51,001 nt of DNA from an uncultured Saprospiraceae bacterium (GCA_964402245.1 CAYOBX010000001.1:1-51001), one strand, 5' to 3'. Shown: positions 8,348-18,314, counted from the first letter of the stretch. Made by a program: numbers and translations. The notes: generated from the sequence alone by a model not told the origin.

Positions 8348-10513
8348 CTATAAGTGGCTCACCCCTTCTATATTAGGATGATGTTCCACCAAATCCATAG
8401 ACGCTGGTAAATTGGTTTTATAGATGACCTTCATACCCAAATTCTCGAAATAGTAGCGAAAATAGCGCTTACATACCTCATGTAACTCATCATCTATTTT
8501 GGTTGGTTGATAAATATTAACCAAGGTAACACCCTTTAATGAGGGCAAACTATACCCATCTGTCATCAATGTAATGAGCGAATCTTTATGCAGTAAAATT
8601 TGTTCGGGATTCTTTTTAAAGCGGTAATGGCTCATTTTTGGCTCATTAACAATCAAATCGGACCAAACAAGCACGATTCGTTTTCCTTCCATTTTAGATA
8701 AATGATTTAACCGATGATACATATTTCGATGGATATAGGAATGGCTCTTACCTTTACTTGGAACAGTCAACTCTGTTAGTGCTTGCTTTAATTCTACCGT
8801 AAATTTTTGTGGTAACTTCCGATGCTCCATTTCATTACGAGTAAAAAATGACTGGCTGGGAGGTAGAGTTAGAACCTGGGCAGATTGGGTCGATACTTCC
8901 CCGATTTGCGAAAGAGAAACCGTTATTTTCCCCCATTCTCCTTTCTTCGTATCAATGTCAATTGTGCTTAGCACATAGTTTAAAATAGGGTCAATTTCTG
9001 GTGAGGTCGTTATTCCTGTCTGGTCATATAAAATTTCTAAATGAGTTTCAGCTAATTCTTCAGTAGCATTAGGTGTACATCCAAAGCAGCTTAAACTAGC
9101 CATAAGTAGTAAAATCGAGGCATTTTTGAGAGGGGTAAATATCCCATTTTTAGGTTTATCTTTATTATCTTTCTCTAAAAATGCTTTGCTCTTTAGTGTA
9201 TTTTGTAACAAATCTTGATATTTATCTAAGGCATTCTGCTTGGTAGCGGCTAACTGACCTAAACATTCCTTTTCATGGTCATTGACCTTTGCCAGAGTGA
9301 TTGCACATTGTTCTAATTGGGTTTTTAGCTCCTCTTTTTCTTGCTCCATCATTTTTTCAGATTGATGCTTGGATTCCCATTCAATTGCTTCACATTTTTC
9401 TTGATAATCACTTTCAATGATGTTGATATAATTCTCTTTTGCATCTATTTTTGCCGAAAACTTGTAGCGTAAGGCTTGAATATTGAAAAACTCCTTATTA
9501 TTGGCGTGGAAGAAGGCAAGAATGACTGTACCGCCAGCAATGATAAAGTTAATGATGAAGTAAAATATTTTCGTCATCACAGGTACTTCCATATTCAGCC
9601 GAAAAGCACTTAATAAGATACATAATAAGAAAGTAGCTGCTGCAAAAATCTTAATGGCGGTTTTGTTTTTCTTATAAAGAGAAACTCCTAATTCCTTAGC
9701 AGTAAGGGCTAAACCAACTGCAAAAAACACTCCTAATAACATTGCTCCTGTATTAGACTCACCAATGCTTGCCGTTTGAAAACTAGTAAAATTGACACTA
9801 ATCTCTAAAAAGAACAGGAAAGTCACTAACCCCCAAAAGACCCAACCATAATTCAACCATCCTTTCATGGGGGGTATCTGGTTATACTCGTTCATCAAAT
9901 TTTGATATTGAACTTCGCTATGGCTTAATTTCTCTTTCAAGTGTCGTACTTGTTCTTTTAAGGCGGCACTAACCCCTAAAACATTCCCCTCTTTTAAAAT
10001 AAGGAAGAATAAGTTTAAGTTTTTGGCAGGAAGTTTAATATTCTTAGCTGCTTTTGCTAAATCCTTTCGTTTCCCTTTTTCTGTTTCCTCTGAATAATAC
10101 TCTATTGTTTTAGGATTATTTAACTTCTCCTCCAATTCGGCTTTTTTCTTTTCTTCTTTTCGCCGTGTATCTAGGTGAAGGTGTGAAATTTCCGCTGCTA
10201 CCTTATCATGTTGGGCAATGATTGTCTTTTCTGCATGACTAGGATTACCATTTAAGGCAGGGGGAACATTATAAGCCGCATCTGTAATTGCTTTCTGTGC
10301 TGTTTTTTCCATCATAGTCTTACTATCATTGAGTAAGTCTTGACTTTTTTGCATTAGTGGTTGCAATTCATCCTTGACCATATCCATTTTTAGAGTAGGC
10401 GTAGGATTCGTAACTATTACCTTTTGTTGAGGAAAAATGGGTGATTGTTTCTTCTTTTTAGAAGAGAGTAGGGAGACAGCTCCCTTGGCTAATTTCAATA
10501 CTTTGAAAATCAT
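8348..10513 (-). CDS. Large membrane or coiled-coil protein (721 aa) with an internal lipobox-like segment
   Basis: Charged coiled-coil stretches, about 4 hydrophobic helices (residues about 215-335), then ILLLMASLSCFGC at residues 466-479 and a beta-rich C-terminal part. Confidence 0.6.
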   Translation of the reverse strand: MIFKVLKLAKGAVSLLSSKKKKQSPIFPQQKVIVTNPTPTLKMDMVKDELQPLMQKSQDLLNDSKTMMEKTAQKAITDAAYNVPPALNGNPSHAEKTIIAQHDKVAAEISHLHLDTRRKEEKKKAELEEKLNNPKTIEYYSEETEKGKRKDLAKAAKNIKLPAKNLNLFFLILKEGNVLGVSAALKEQVRHLKEKLSHSEVQYQNLMNEYNQIPPMKGWLNYGWVFWGLVTFLFFLEISVNFTSFQTASIGESNTGAMLLGVFFAVGLALTAKELGVSLYKKNKTAIKIFAAATFLLCILLSAFRLNMEVPVMTKIFYFIINFIIAGGTVILAFFHANNKEFFNIQALRYKFSAKIDAKENYINIIESDYQEKCEAIEWESKHQSEKMMEQEKEELKTQLEQCAITLAKVNDHEKECLGQLAATKQNALDKYQDLLQNTLKSKAFLEKDNKDKPKNGIFTPLKNASILLLMASLSCFGCTPNATEELAETHLEILYDQTGITTSPEIDPILNYVLSTIDIDTKKGEWGKITVSLSQIGEVSTQSAQVLTLPPSQSFFTRNEMEHRKLPQKFTVELKQALTELTVPSKGKSHSYIHRNMYHRLNHLSKMEGKRIVLVWSDLIVNEPKMSHYRFKKNPEQILLHKDSLITLMTDGYSLPSLKGVTLVNIYQPTKIDDELHEVCKRYFRYYFENLGMKVIYKTNLPASMDLVEHHPNIEGVSHL

Positions 10514-10655
10514 CGTCTAAAATTTTTGTAGCGTTAAAAAAAATAACAACATAGTTGTTTTAATAAAGGCAATAGTGTTTCATTCTCTGTTTATGGTTCT
10601 AAACAGGGTTATTATTAGTAGAGAAGTAAGAAATGCTACTATTTTATCTCTTGAA

Positions 10656-11582
10656 TTAGTTATTAGAAAAATTGTAATCTAACACAGTCTTTGTCCAGTT
10701 TGCGTTTACGTCTAGAACTGATTTAGTTGAAATTCCGTGGATAGCTTTAGTTTTTTCTGTGCCAAAATTTAAGACTTTCCATTTGTTCGATACATTTTCT
10801 TCCCATTCATAGCTATTATAAGAAGGTTTATACCCTTCTGCGGTAATTTCAGCTAGTAAATTAGCAGTAATAGGAAGGGCTTTAATTTCATTAGGAACTT
10901 CAGCAATTCTTCGTGCGAGTCTCATTTTGTTAACATAATGAATCTGTCCAAATAGTTTCCCTACAAAACCATTCCATTGCTTACGTGTGACAGGTGTTTG
11001 TTTTAGTTGCTCAATTTGTTTTAAGTCTTTTGCTAGTATCTTTTCTGTTTTTGGAAAAAGTTTTTTTACTTGCTCAAGCAGTTCGTTAGTACTAATTTTC
11101 TTTCTTTTCTCAAAGGTTGAGAAACGTCGTTCGGCTGAAAGAATAGTGAAATTATTACAAATTTTAACATTCCCCCCAAAAGCGATTTCTTCTCCATGTT
11201 CATTTAAATTGATAGCAATAGCAGGGAAATAGTCTTGACTGAGTCCTTCAACTTCAATTTTTATGATAGCTCGATTACATACCAGATTCTTAGGAGAGGT
11301 TTCTAGAAGTTCAGCATCTGTTACTTTTTGTACTTGTTTTTTTGTTTGGTCCACCTTTAAAATGCTATTTCGTTCTATATAAATAGAGTTAATATTGACG
11401 AATCCTCCTTTTACATGTTTACTCAAATTTTCTATACAAGCTTCTAACAACCAAGAATTGGAATGTCTTCGGTTTACATCATTATAGGTAAACATATTTA
11501 GAAATGCTGTAGGTTCTACCTGTAATACTTTTGTTAAATTGGGGGTTTCTTTTTGTTGGTCAATAATGAAGTTTTTAAGCAT
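10656..11582 (-). CDS. Hypothetical protein (308 aa), possibly DUF932/DUF3871-like
   Basis: Clean ORF. The FGGNVKICNNFTI segment loosely recalls the DUF932 R.vC.NG motif. Weak assignment. Confidence 0.5.
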   Translation of the reverse strand: MLKNFIIDQQKETPNLTKVLQVEPTAFLNMFTYNDVNRRHSNSWLLEACIENLSKHVKGGFVNINSIYIERNSILKVDQTKKQVQKVTDAELLETSPKNLVCNRAIIKIEVEGLSQDYFPAIAINLNEHGEEIAFGGNVKICNNFTILSAERRFSTFEKRKKISTNELLEQVKKLFPKTEKILAKDLKQIEQLKQTPVTRKQWNGFVGKLFGQIHYVNKMRLARRIAEVPNEIKALPITANLLAEITAEGYKPSYNSYEWEENVSNKWKVLNFGTEKTKAIHGISTKSVLDVNANWTKTVLDYNFSNN

Positions 11583-11639
11583 AACTTATAATTTGTAGTA
11601 GATTATACTGAAAATAGAATCTACGTGTTATCAATGGAG

Positions 11640-11918
11640 TTAGTGAATGTTACATCTAATTACAGTCTTGACTAATAATGAAGACGGAAGAGGTTGTTTC
11701 TGAATTTGCTTTTCAAATATATCTTCTACCTGATACTTAGTATTGTAATAATGGTTGATGGTTTCCACTATCTTGATGCAAGTTGAATCTTTTACTTCCA
11801 ACCCTTTGCAGATATTAGTAATTTCTTGTTGAGAAATTTTAGCAGCGATAGCTAATTCTGGTACTCTTATTCCAAGCTGAATTATTAAATTTCTTAATTT
11901 GTAGTTACTGGTCATCAT
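11640..11918 (-). CDS. Small helix-turn-helix DNA-binding protein (92 aa)
   Basis: VPELAIAAKISQQEITNICKG has an HTH-like pattern. Confidence 0.5.
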   Translation of the reverse strand: MMTSNYKLRNLIIQLGIRVPELAIAAKISQQEITNICKGLEVKDSTCIKIVETINHYYNTKYQVEDIFEKQIQKQPLPSSLLVKTVIRCNIH

Positions 11919-11974
11919 AGAAATAAGATTTTGAAGTTGAGAAATAAGTGGTTGGATTTTTTAGCCAACCACCT

Positions 11975-12009
11975 GAAAAACGACTGCCAATCAATACAAG
12001 ATTGGCTGG
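11975..12009 (-). terminator. Hairpin module copy A (terminator of the 150-aa ORF); inverted copy at 12497..12532
   Basis: Minus strand reads CCAGCCAATCttgtattGATTGGCAGTCGTTTTT: a 7-bp stem plus a T-run. A second hairpin GTGGTTGG/CCAACCAC lies at 11948..11972. Confidence 0.6.
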
Positions 12010-12013
12010 TTTC

Positions 12014-12466
12014 TTATTCATAATGTATAATTCTAGTTGTAATCAACTTCACGTCTTCTTCTTTTGCTTTTTTGTAAAGCTTAAACATTTCTTTATACAG
12101 TTCTTTTTTTAATAGAGTGGGTTTAGAAATGAGAATGATGAATAGAGATTTTTCTAAATCTGAATTTTGGCAATTACTATGTAAATAGTTAACATTTTCA
12201 AATCCATGAGCCTCTAAATATGCTATGCGTCTAACTACATAATCAAAATTTTCAAAGAAACTTTCAGCAAGTACAAAGTGATTTTTAGGTATGGAAATAG
12301 GACAGGTCGAATAACCTTCTTCAATACTGACCAATTGACTATATGACTTATTTTCAGAAGTTAACGGTAGACTAGATTGGGCTAATGTGTAGGTAAATGA
12401 AGCCATTGCCACGATAGCAATGATTAATTTTCTTAATGTGGAGTTAGTTAGAGTAGAATTTTTCAT
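12014..12466 (-). CDS. Secreted small protein (150 aa) with an N-terminal signal peptide
   Basis: N-terminal hydrophobic stretch LIIAIVAMASFTYTLAQS. No other motif. Confidence 0.6.
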   Translation of the reverse strand: MKNSTLTNSTLRKLIIAIVAMASFTYTLAQSSLPLTSENKSYSQLVSIEEGYSTCPISIPKNHFVLAESFFENFDYVVRRIAYLEAHGFENVNYLHSNCQNSDLEKSLFIILISKPTLLKKELYKEMFKLYKKAKEEDVKLITTRIIHYE

Positions 12467-12496
12467 AAGACCGATTAATTTTAAAGATTAATTAAT

Positions 12497-12532
12497 CAGC
12501 CAAGCTTTATCAATGGCAGTCGTTTATTTTTC
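12497..12532 (+). repeat. Hairpin module copy B (inverted relative to 11975..12009)
   Basis: CAGCCAAgctttatcaaTGGCAGTCGTTTATTTTT shares the exact blocks CAGCCAA and TGGCAGTCGTTT with copy A. Confidence 0.55.
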
Positions 12533-12723
12533 TGTGTTTATCAGAATCTTTAACAAAGATAAGGAGTATTACTGACTTATGCAAGATAAAAATAAGGAAT
12601 GTTTCTATTTTTTAAAGGATTGATGCTGACTTTTTGGAAAAATATTTGATATCTGGCATGATAGTTTCTGTTATTGTCTGTATATTGCACTTGATTATAG
12701 ATGTTTTTTAAATTTACTTTAAA

Positions 12724-14919
12724 ATGAACCACCAAAGTGATAGATGGAAGAAATCTAATCTTCCACAGCAACTAATTGATTTTCTGGAGGGTAAAGACAA
12801 TGCTTTTCCATATGATTTTTTTGCAAATGATACGTATTCAGAGACTAAAAAGCTAAAGGCTATTATTGATGCCATTGGAAGTACAATTCAAAACTATGCT
12901 GCTGATAATACAGAAGATATTAGAGTCAGGACACTTATTAAGACCAAGGTTCACCGTGAAAATTTACAAGATTACTTAGATAGAAAAGTTATTCTGCAGC
13001 TATTTGATACAAAAACGCTAAAGCGTTGCTTGGACGGTTCCCCAGCTTCTCCTGCAACTATAGAGATTTTAGAGGTTTACAAAGAGATTATAGAAAAAAG
13101 AGAAAGAGAAAAAGAAAAAAGAAGAAAAGTATTTAAAAGGATTTCTGGAATATATCATCAATTTGTAACACATAGTAGCCGAAAAGATAGATTTCAAGAA
13201 TCTATCTATAGAATAGAAGAAGATGGCTCATGTGTAACAAAATATGTTAATTCTGATTATGAGATAAAAACTGAAACCTTAATTCCAGAATTAGTTGGAG
13301 ATTCAGGGCTATTACTAAAACTGAAACGAAAAAGGCACTTAGCTATTTTCTATCTTTATATTGGAGGAGATATTACTCCTAATTATAATTATATTCAAGG
13401 GGTATTCATTTATTCAAATACTAGAGAAACTGGTAATATGGCTAACTTAGCTGTGTTCAAAAAGATAAGGGTAGAAGTAAAAGAAAAAACAGATAAGGGT
13501 AAAAAGAGAGAGAGAGTAGATATAGATAAAGAAATAAAGCAAAAAGAAGAAGATATATTTAAAACATTTGTTCCTTTCAGAGAAAGAGAAGACATTTTAA
13601 CTCCGATGGAGTATGAGAAAACGGGTAAGGAGGGAAAATATAAAAAAGAGTATGTTGATTATGAGCATAAACTAGAGATTAGACAGAACATTCAATATTT
13701 TCTCTCTCATCATTGTCCACCAATTAAAACCTTTCTTTATGAAGGAATCAAAACCTTTGATTTTTCGAAGTCATTAGCAATTAGTCCTGGTCCCTACGGT
13801 AAAAAGGCACTCCATTATAATAAAATTAAGAAACTAGAAGGCGACTATTACTTCTATTTCAATGAGCGTTATCCTTCCGTTAAGAAGGGAAATCTAAATG
13901 ATAAAAATTTATCAAAAGATGAAAACCCAATGATACTACCTGAGAAAACTAAATATTTCTCTTCAGTTGGTAAATCTATACTAAAGATAAAAACTGATAA
14001 AATTACTGGTGCATTGAAAGGTAAGTTATGTGTAAGGAAAAATGAGGAGGGACATGTCTTAAAGTATGAAGGATTTATACTAAATAATCAACTTCATGAT
14101 AGTTCTTATGTGATGATGTTACTCTATTTAATAGAAGAGAATAAGAGGAAGATTGATGAACCTCATCGCTGCATATATTTATTATTAAATTTTATTGATG
14201 ATAATAAATTGCTTGGTAATTATTCTGTTTCTTACACGCCTCCTAAGGAGTTGGGAACAGGTATAGGGCTTGCAATCAAAACGGCTGAATTAAAAAATGC
14301 AGAACCAGATGTGATTTCTTCTCATAACAGAAGTTTTCAACTAGGTTCAGATTCATTAGAGGATAATATTGTCAACTTCTTTTCTAACACAAGGAAATCT
14401 CTAATATTTACACCGTCTTTTAAGGATATTAAAGATAGCCGTGATATCGTGAACCAAGGAATTTATAAGCTTTATAGTCAACGTAAGAGTGGTGGTATAA
14501 GAATGGGATTCTTGGTTATTTTCCCTAATGGCTATGTTATGCATATAGATTCGTACAAGAGTCGTTCTTTTGGGGATGCTCAAAGAGTAGGTAATGTTTT
14601 AAATATTATTCTAGAAAATGAGAAAAACCAGAGAACAGGATTCTTTTGTTTTCGAGTTGATAATACCTCTTCGGAGAAAGGCATTGTCTATCGAGGTACT
14701 TTTTCAGGTACAGTTAAAAGAGGAGATGAAGATGCTATTGCTTCAAGAGTGGTAATCCATTTAGATTCGGACCCTTCATCTAATCTTGTATTAACTGATA
14801 ATGATATTAATTCGCTTCAATCACAAAAGATTCCTGAAAGTATTGAGGATATTTTTAAAGAAAGTGTGAATCGCATAGAATATGATAATGGCAAACCATC
14901 TTTTCTAGAGGATAAGTAA
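12724..14919 (+). CDS. Orphan 731-aa protein with a three-fold internal repeat and a Lys/Glu-rich linker
   Basis: Long clean ORF with no catalytic or NTP-binding motif recognised. Three modules share the pattern G[ID]Y..[FY] ... hydrophobic strand-(GGD/DDN/DNT) ... G.[FY].[VIY]S. Confidence 0.7.
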   Translation: MNHQSDRWKKSNLPQQLIDFLEGKDNAFPYDFFANDTYSETKKLKAIIDAIGSTIQNYAADNTEDIRVRTLIKTKVHRENLQDYLDRKVILQLFDTKTLKRCLDGSPASPATIEILEVYKEIIEKREREKEKRRKVFKRISGIYHQFVTHSSRKDRFQESIYRIEEDGSCVTKYVNSDYEIKTETLIPELVGDSGLLLKLKRKRHLAIFYLYIGGDITPNYNYIQGVFIYSNTRETGNMANLAVFKKIRVEVKEKTDKGKKRERVDIDKEIKQKEEDIFKTFVPFREREDILTPMEYEKTGKEGKYKKEYVDYEHKLEIRQNIQYFLSHHCPPIKTFLYEGIKTFDFSKSLAISPGPYGKKALHYNKIKKLEGDYYFYFNERYPSVKKGNLNDKNLSKDENPMILPEKTKYFSSVGKSILKIKTDKITGALKGKLCVRKNEEGHVLKYEGFILNNQLHDSSYVMMLLYLIEENKRKIDEPHRCIYLLLNFIDDNKLLGNYSVSYTPPKELGTGIGLAIKTAELKNAEPDVISSHNRSFQLGSDSLEDNIVNFFSNTRKSLIFTPSFKDIKDSRDIVNQGIYKLYSQRKSGGIRMGFLVIFPNGYVMHIDSYKSRSFGDAQRVGNVLNIILENEKNQRTGFFCFRVDNTSSEKGIVYRGTFSGTVKRGDEDAIASRVVIHLDSDPSSNLVLTDNDINSLQSQKIPESIEDIFKESVNRIEYDNGKPSFLEDK

Positions 14920-15045
14920 AAATAATGATTGACTAAAGTTTTGTATTGGTCATAATAAGTAAATTATTTAACCAGTTTCTATTTTTAACTTGTTTTTTGT
15001 GATGTTTGTCACACACATAATCATAGAAACACAAATCTTTAAGTC

Positions 15046-15309
15046 ATGATAGACGAAAAAAACATCTATGACGGGGACCCATGTAATCGCAGAAGCTGCC
15101 AAAGAAACTTAAACCGTGCTTATGAAGAGGTTAGGTTAATTACGAATCGAACTTCTGCAGAACTAAGTGATTGTTGGGATAAAATATCGCTTACTAAAGG
15201 ACAGTTTTGGGCAGTCGTTAATCATTTCAGACTAGACCAATCAGAAGTTAGAAAAGTGATTGATAACTACAAAAAAACTCATAGATATGAGGTTGATTCT
15301 GTACTTTAA
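15046..15309 (+). CDS. Hypothetical protein (87 aa)
   Basis: ORF followed 12 nt later by a strong hairpin. Confidence 0.5.
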   Translation: MIDEKNIYDGDPCNRRSCQRNLNRAYEEVRLITNRTSAELSDCWDKISLTKGQFWAVVNHFRLDQSEVRKVIDNYKKTHRYEVDSVL

Positions 15310-15320
15310 TCAAAAAAATA

Positions 15321-15351
15321 ACAGCCATTTGCAAGCTTTGCAGATGGCTGT
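15321..15351. terminator. Bidirectional terminator between convergent genes
   Basis: 13-bp stem ACAGCCATTTGCA / TGCAGATGGCTGT with one G-U pair, flanked by A-run and T-run. Confidence 0.65.
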
Positions 15352-15446
15352 TTGTATATCTTTGATAATTATTTTTGCCCCTCTTATCTTTTCTTTCCTA
15401 GTAGATTCGACCGTCTATTTCTAGTACGGTAAGGTAGAAATGAAGG

Positions 15447-16796
15447 TTATTCTAAGAATAGTTTTATCTTTTGATTATAGCCGTTTACACTAAATTCTTT
15501 TAAGCCCGTTCCATCGGCATTAATACGAAAAATCTTATCCTTATTCTGAAAAATAGTGTAACCAGCATTTTCAAAACGATAAATATTGCCTGCTTTATAG
15601 GAGGTTATCTTCTTACTTTCTTTAGTGATGACATCATAAACCCAAGTACCTTGGTTTAGCAAATCGCCATGTGTAGTATAGAGTAACTTGCGGTCGGAGA
15701 GCCACCCAAAAGCAACATCATTTCTGATATGTTCTTCATAAAAGGGTATGTCTGCGGAGTGGAAAAGCTGGGTTTGTTCCTTTGTTTCAAGGTTGATGAT
15801 AGAGAGGTAATGCCCATGTTTTCGCTGTTGAACGTAGTTCTTTTCTTGAATAAAGAGCATAAAATCATGACCAGGTGAAATACATCTGGCTTTCCCATTG
15901 GCAAAGCGTCGCATATTATCAGTAAATTCCATATCAAGTACAGAATGAGGAATGGGTGTTACAGTCGTTGAGGTTGCAAAATTATAAATCCAGCCCCCGT
16001 ATAAATAGTCGTCATTTTGTTTTGCTTTCTCTGTTATAAAAGCGGTATGGGCATCTAGCCATATCATTGGATAACCTCTCGTTGAATATATCTTATCTCC
16101 ATCAAGTGGATGCTTTTGATAAGTCTTTAAATCTACCGTATAAGGGGCGAAATAATTTCGAGGTGACCTTGCGGTAACAAATCTACCTGTTGGCGAAATT
16201 ATACCTTGTTTTTCAACAGGTTTTTTATATTGAAAGTGAAACTCTGTCTCATACCCTGGCGCACCTAGAAAAGGATTGTTTTCTATCGTTCCTTTTTTTG
16301 CATCAACAATGTAATAATTTTGCCGATAATTAAGGCAGATATAATCCCCGTACCAATGGTCTATTGGTATTTTGTAACTGAATACACCTAATTGAGTTAA
16401 TTGCCGATGATTCACTAAGCCCCCAGCTTTCCAACTAATATCGGCTGCCCATAAATCTCTGTCTTTATGATAAAGAACATAGTTCATATCAGGCGAGATT
16501 AAGCCATTTTGCTTAAAATCTAGCCTTCTGATGAACTTACCTTTTTTGCCATAAAGCCAGAGAGATTTACTATCATTAATGATAATCGTATCTAGCCCTG
16601 CTACTTTTTTGAGGTCGCCAGGAACAAAAGACAAAGGAACTTTGCTAAAATCTCGGATGTCAAATAGTTCCTTACCCACAAAGAAGTAATATTTATAGTC
16701 GCTCGTATCAGTAAGTGCGGTATTTAGTGTCGTAATTGCGAAGGCTGTTGTAAATGTAGAAAAGAATAGAGCAATTGCCAGTAGTGATTTTCTCAT
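15447..16796 (-). CDS. Secreted beta-propeller-like protein (449 aa; TolB/WD40-like)
   Basis: Signal peptide MRKSLLAIALFFSTFTTAFA. Repetitive Tyr/Trp/Gly-rich beta-strand pattern. The fold call is by eye only. Confidence 0.6.
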   Translation of the reverse strand: MRKSLLAIALFFSTFTTAFAITTLNTALTDTSDYKYYFFVGKELFDIRDFSKVPLSFVPGDLKKVAGLDTIIINDSKSLWLYGKKGKFIRRLDFKQNGLISPDMNYVLYHKDRDLWAADISWKAGGLVNHRQLTQLGVFSYKIPIDHWYGDYICLNYRQNYYIVDAKKGTIENNPFLGAPGYETEFHFQYKKPVEKQGIISPTGRFVTARSPRNYFAPYTVDLKTYQKHPLDGDKIYSTRGYPMIWLDAHTAFITEKAKQNDDYLYGGWIYNFATSTTVTPIPHSVLDMEFTDNMRRFANGKARCISPGHDFMLFIQEKNYVQQRKHGHYLSIINLETKEQTQLFHSADIPFYEEHIRNDVAFGWLSDRKLLYTTHGDLLNQGTWVYDVITKESKKITSYKAGNIYRFENAGYTIFQNKDKIFRINADGTGLKEFSVNGYNQKIKLFLE

Positions 16797-16939
16797 GATT
16801 TAAGTTTTATTAAGAAATCGGTTGTGATTTATTTTGCAAAGATAGGGATTAAAAAATAAAACCATGATATTAAATGGGTTTAATGCCATGATTTAATTAA
16901 ACGTACCTTAAATAATGGACTGAAACGAACTTTGCTATC

Positions 16940-17218
16940 ATGGAAGAACATGATAAAAACCTAGAATTTACAAAAAGGTATTTGCTGCAAAATGGCGAAC
17001 GCTTAAAGACTTTACGTAAAGCAAAGGGCTTTAAAAACTATGAGAAGTTTGCTTATCTGAATGATATAGGACGCTCTCAATATGGAAAGTATGAGAAAGG
17101 AGCAGATATGCGCCTTAGTACCTTTTTTCGTGTACTAAAAGCAATGAATGTGAATCCCATTGAGTTTTTTAGTGAAGATTTTGATTTTAAGGAATGGGGC
17201 GAAGAACCCAAATCCTAG
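16940..17218 (+). CDS. XRE-family helix-turn-helix regulator (92 aa)
   Basis: LKTLRKAKGFKNYEKFAYLNDIGRSQYGKYEKG matches the Cro/C1 HTH pattern. Confidence 0.7.
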   Translation: MEEHDKNLEFTKRYLLQNGERLKTLRKAKGFKNYEKFAYLNDIGRSQYGKYEKGADMRLSTFFRVLKAMNVNPIEFFSEDFDFKEWGEEPKS

Positions 17219-17235
17219 CTTCTTTTTCTTTTCAC
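17219..17235. repeat. CTTCTTTTTCTTTTCAC 17-mer, identical to 41590..41606
   Basis: Exact 17-mer immediately after a stop codon. Its 15-nt core recurs inverted at 40496 and 40666. Confidence 0.7.
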
Positions 17236-17519
17236 GGTTTCTGTCTCAAGCGGCGGATTTGGTAGCTATAGTTGCCATGAGAAAAATAGGGTAGGGCGGT
17301 ATTGCCTTTGGGGTATGTTAATTTTGATACAGACCTTGAATTATTATCGTTTGTGCAAAAAAGCAAAATTTAGACTTCTCCTACTTTCCTATAAATCAAC
17401 CCTTTAGCCCATTATGTATTTTGGCCAGTTTGCACAGATTAGAGTTTGTAGAATGTCCCTTTTTTGACGTAATTGCGTCTCTTTAGCTATCGTTACTATG
17501 GGTGAATAAGGTAGGGTAG

Positions 17520-18233
17520 TTATTCGGCTAACTCGAAGGAAAATCCACAATCACCGCAGATGATGTTGAGTTCTAGCTTTCCCCAGACATTGTTATTACA
17601 GGGGCAGCTATACTTATTTTTGGAAGTCTTGGGTTTAGGTGGAGCTTCGCTTTCATCCAACCCCATAATGCCACTAATGCTTACCATTCCTGCTAATCCG
17701 CTTGTGAACATGGCTGTATTTTTCCGAAAATCACCTTCGACTGAAGTAAAGGGCAACTTATATTCGTCTGGCATTTCGTCCAAGGCTTTGAGAAATTTCC
17801 CTCCTTTTTCGGGATAATCGCTCATATTTTGCCCTGTCATTCTACCGCCAATTTGCCCGTTATGGCTGGGTATCAAGCCAACCCATAGCATTTGTGATGC
17901 CCATTCTTTGTTGTGGTAGCCATTACGGGAAGGCTTACCAAGTGTATATTGCCAGATATGGCATTGTTCATGCACTAGCGTACTATACACATCGACTAAA
18001 GACATGGAGAGAATTTCGGGATTTAGCGAAAGTTCGTGAATTGTTCCTTTCCCTGCTTCATCCTCTGCTTTGCGCCAACGGAAAGGAGCAACAAAGCCCA
18101 TTGCCTTGCTCTTACGGCTGAGGTTCAGAATCACAGGCGGCAATTCATTATCAAAAAGCTTTTCGTTGAAATATTCGTAAGCATCCTCAAAAGCTTCAAA
18201 TTGTGCGGTCGTAGGGTGCATTTCAATTCCCAT
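17520..18233 (-). CDS. SprT-like zinc metalloprotease domain protein with a C-terminal zinc ribbon (237 aa)
   Basis: HEQCH motif (17958..17972) in SprT-like context. C-terminal CPC...CGDC cysteine pairs. Confidence 0.7.
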   Translation of the reverse strand: MGIEMHPTTAQFEAFEDAYEYFNEKLFDNELPPVILNLSRKSKAMGFVAPFRWRKAEDEAGKGTIHELSLNPEILSMSLVDVYSTLVHEQCHIWQYTLGKPSRNGYHNKEWASQMLWVGLIPSHNGQIGGRMTGQNMSDYPEKGGKFLKALDEMPDEYKLPFTSVEGDFRKNTAMFTSGLAGMVSISGIMGLDESEAPPKPKTSKNKYSCPCNNNVWGKLELNIICGDCGFSFELAE

Positions 18234-18248
18234 TATCTTAAATTTAGA

Positions 18249-18314
18249 TTGTAAAGTACCTTACAAAAATAAGAGCTTCGAATGAGAAATTCAATTTTGT
18301 AAGGTACTTTACAA
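18249..18314. repeat. Perfect 20-bp inverted repeat with a 26-bp spacer, in the SprT / recombinase divergent region
   Basis: TTGTAAAGTACCTTACAAAA (18249..18268) and TTTTGTAAGGTACTTTACAA (18295..18314). Each arm is itself TTGTAA-N6-TTACAA. Confidence 0.85.

Noticed and set aside
12577-12771. 64-aa minus-strand ORF overlapping the start of the 731-aa gene
   Set aside because: It lies in an AT-rich promoter region, overlaps a much stronger ORF, and has no supporting signals.
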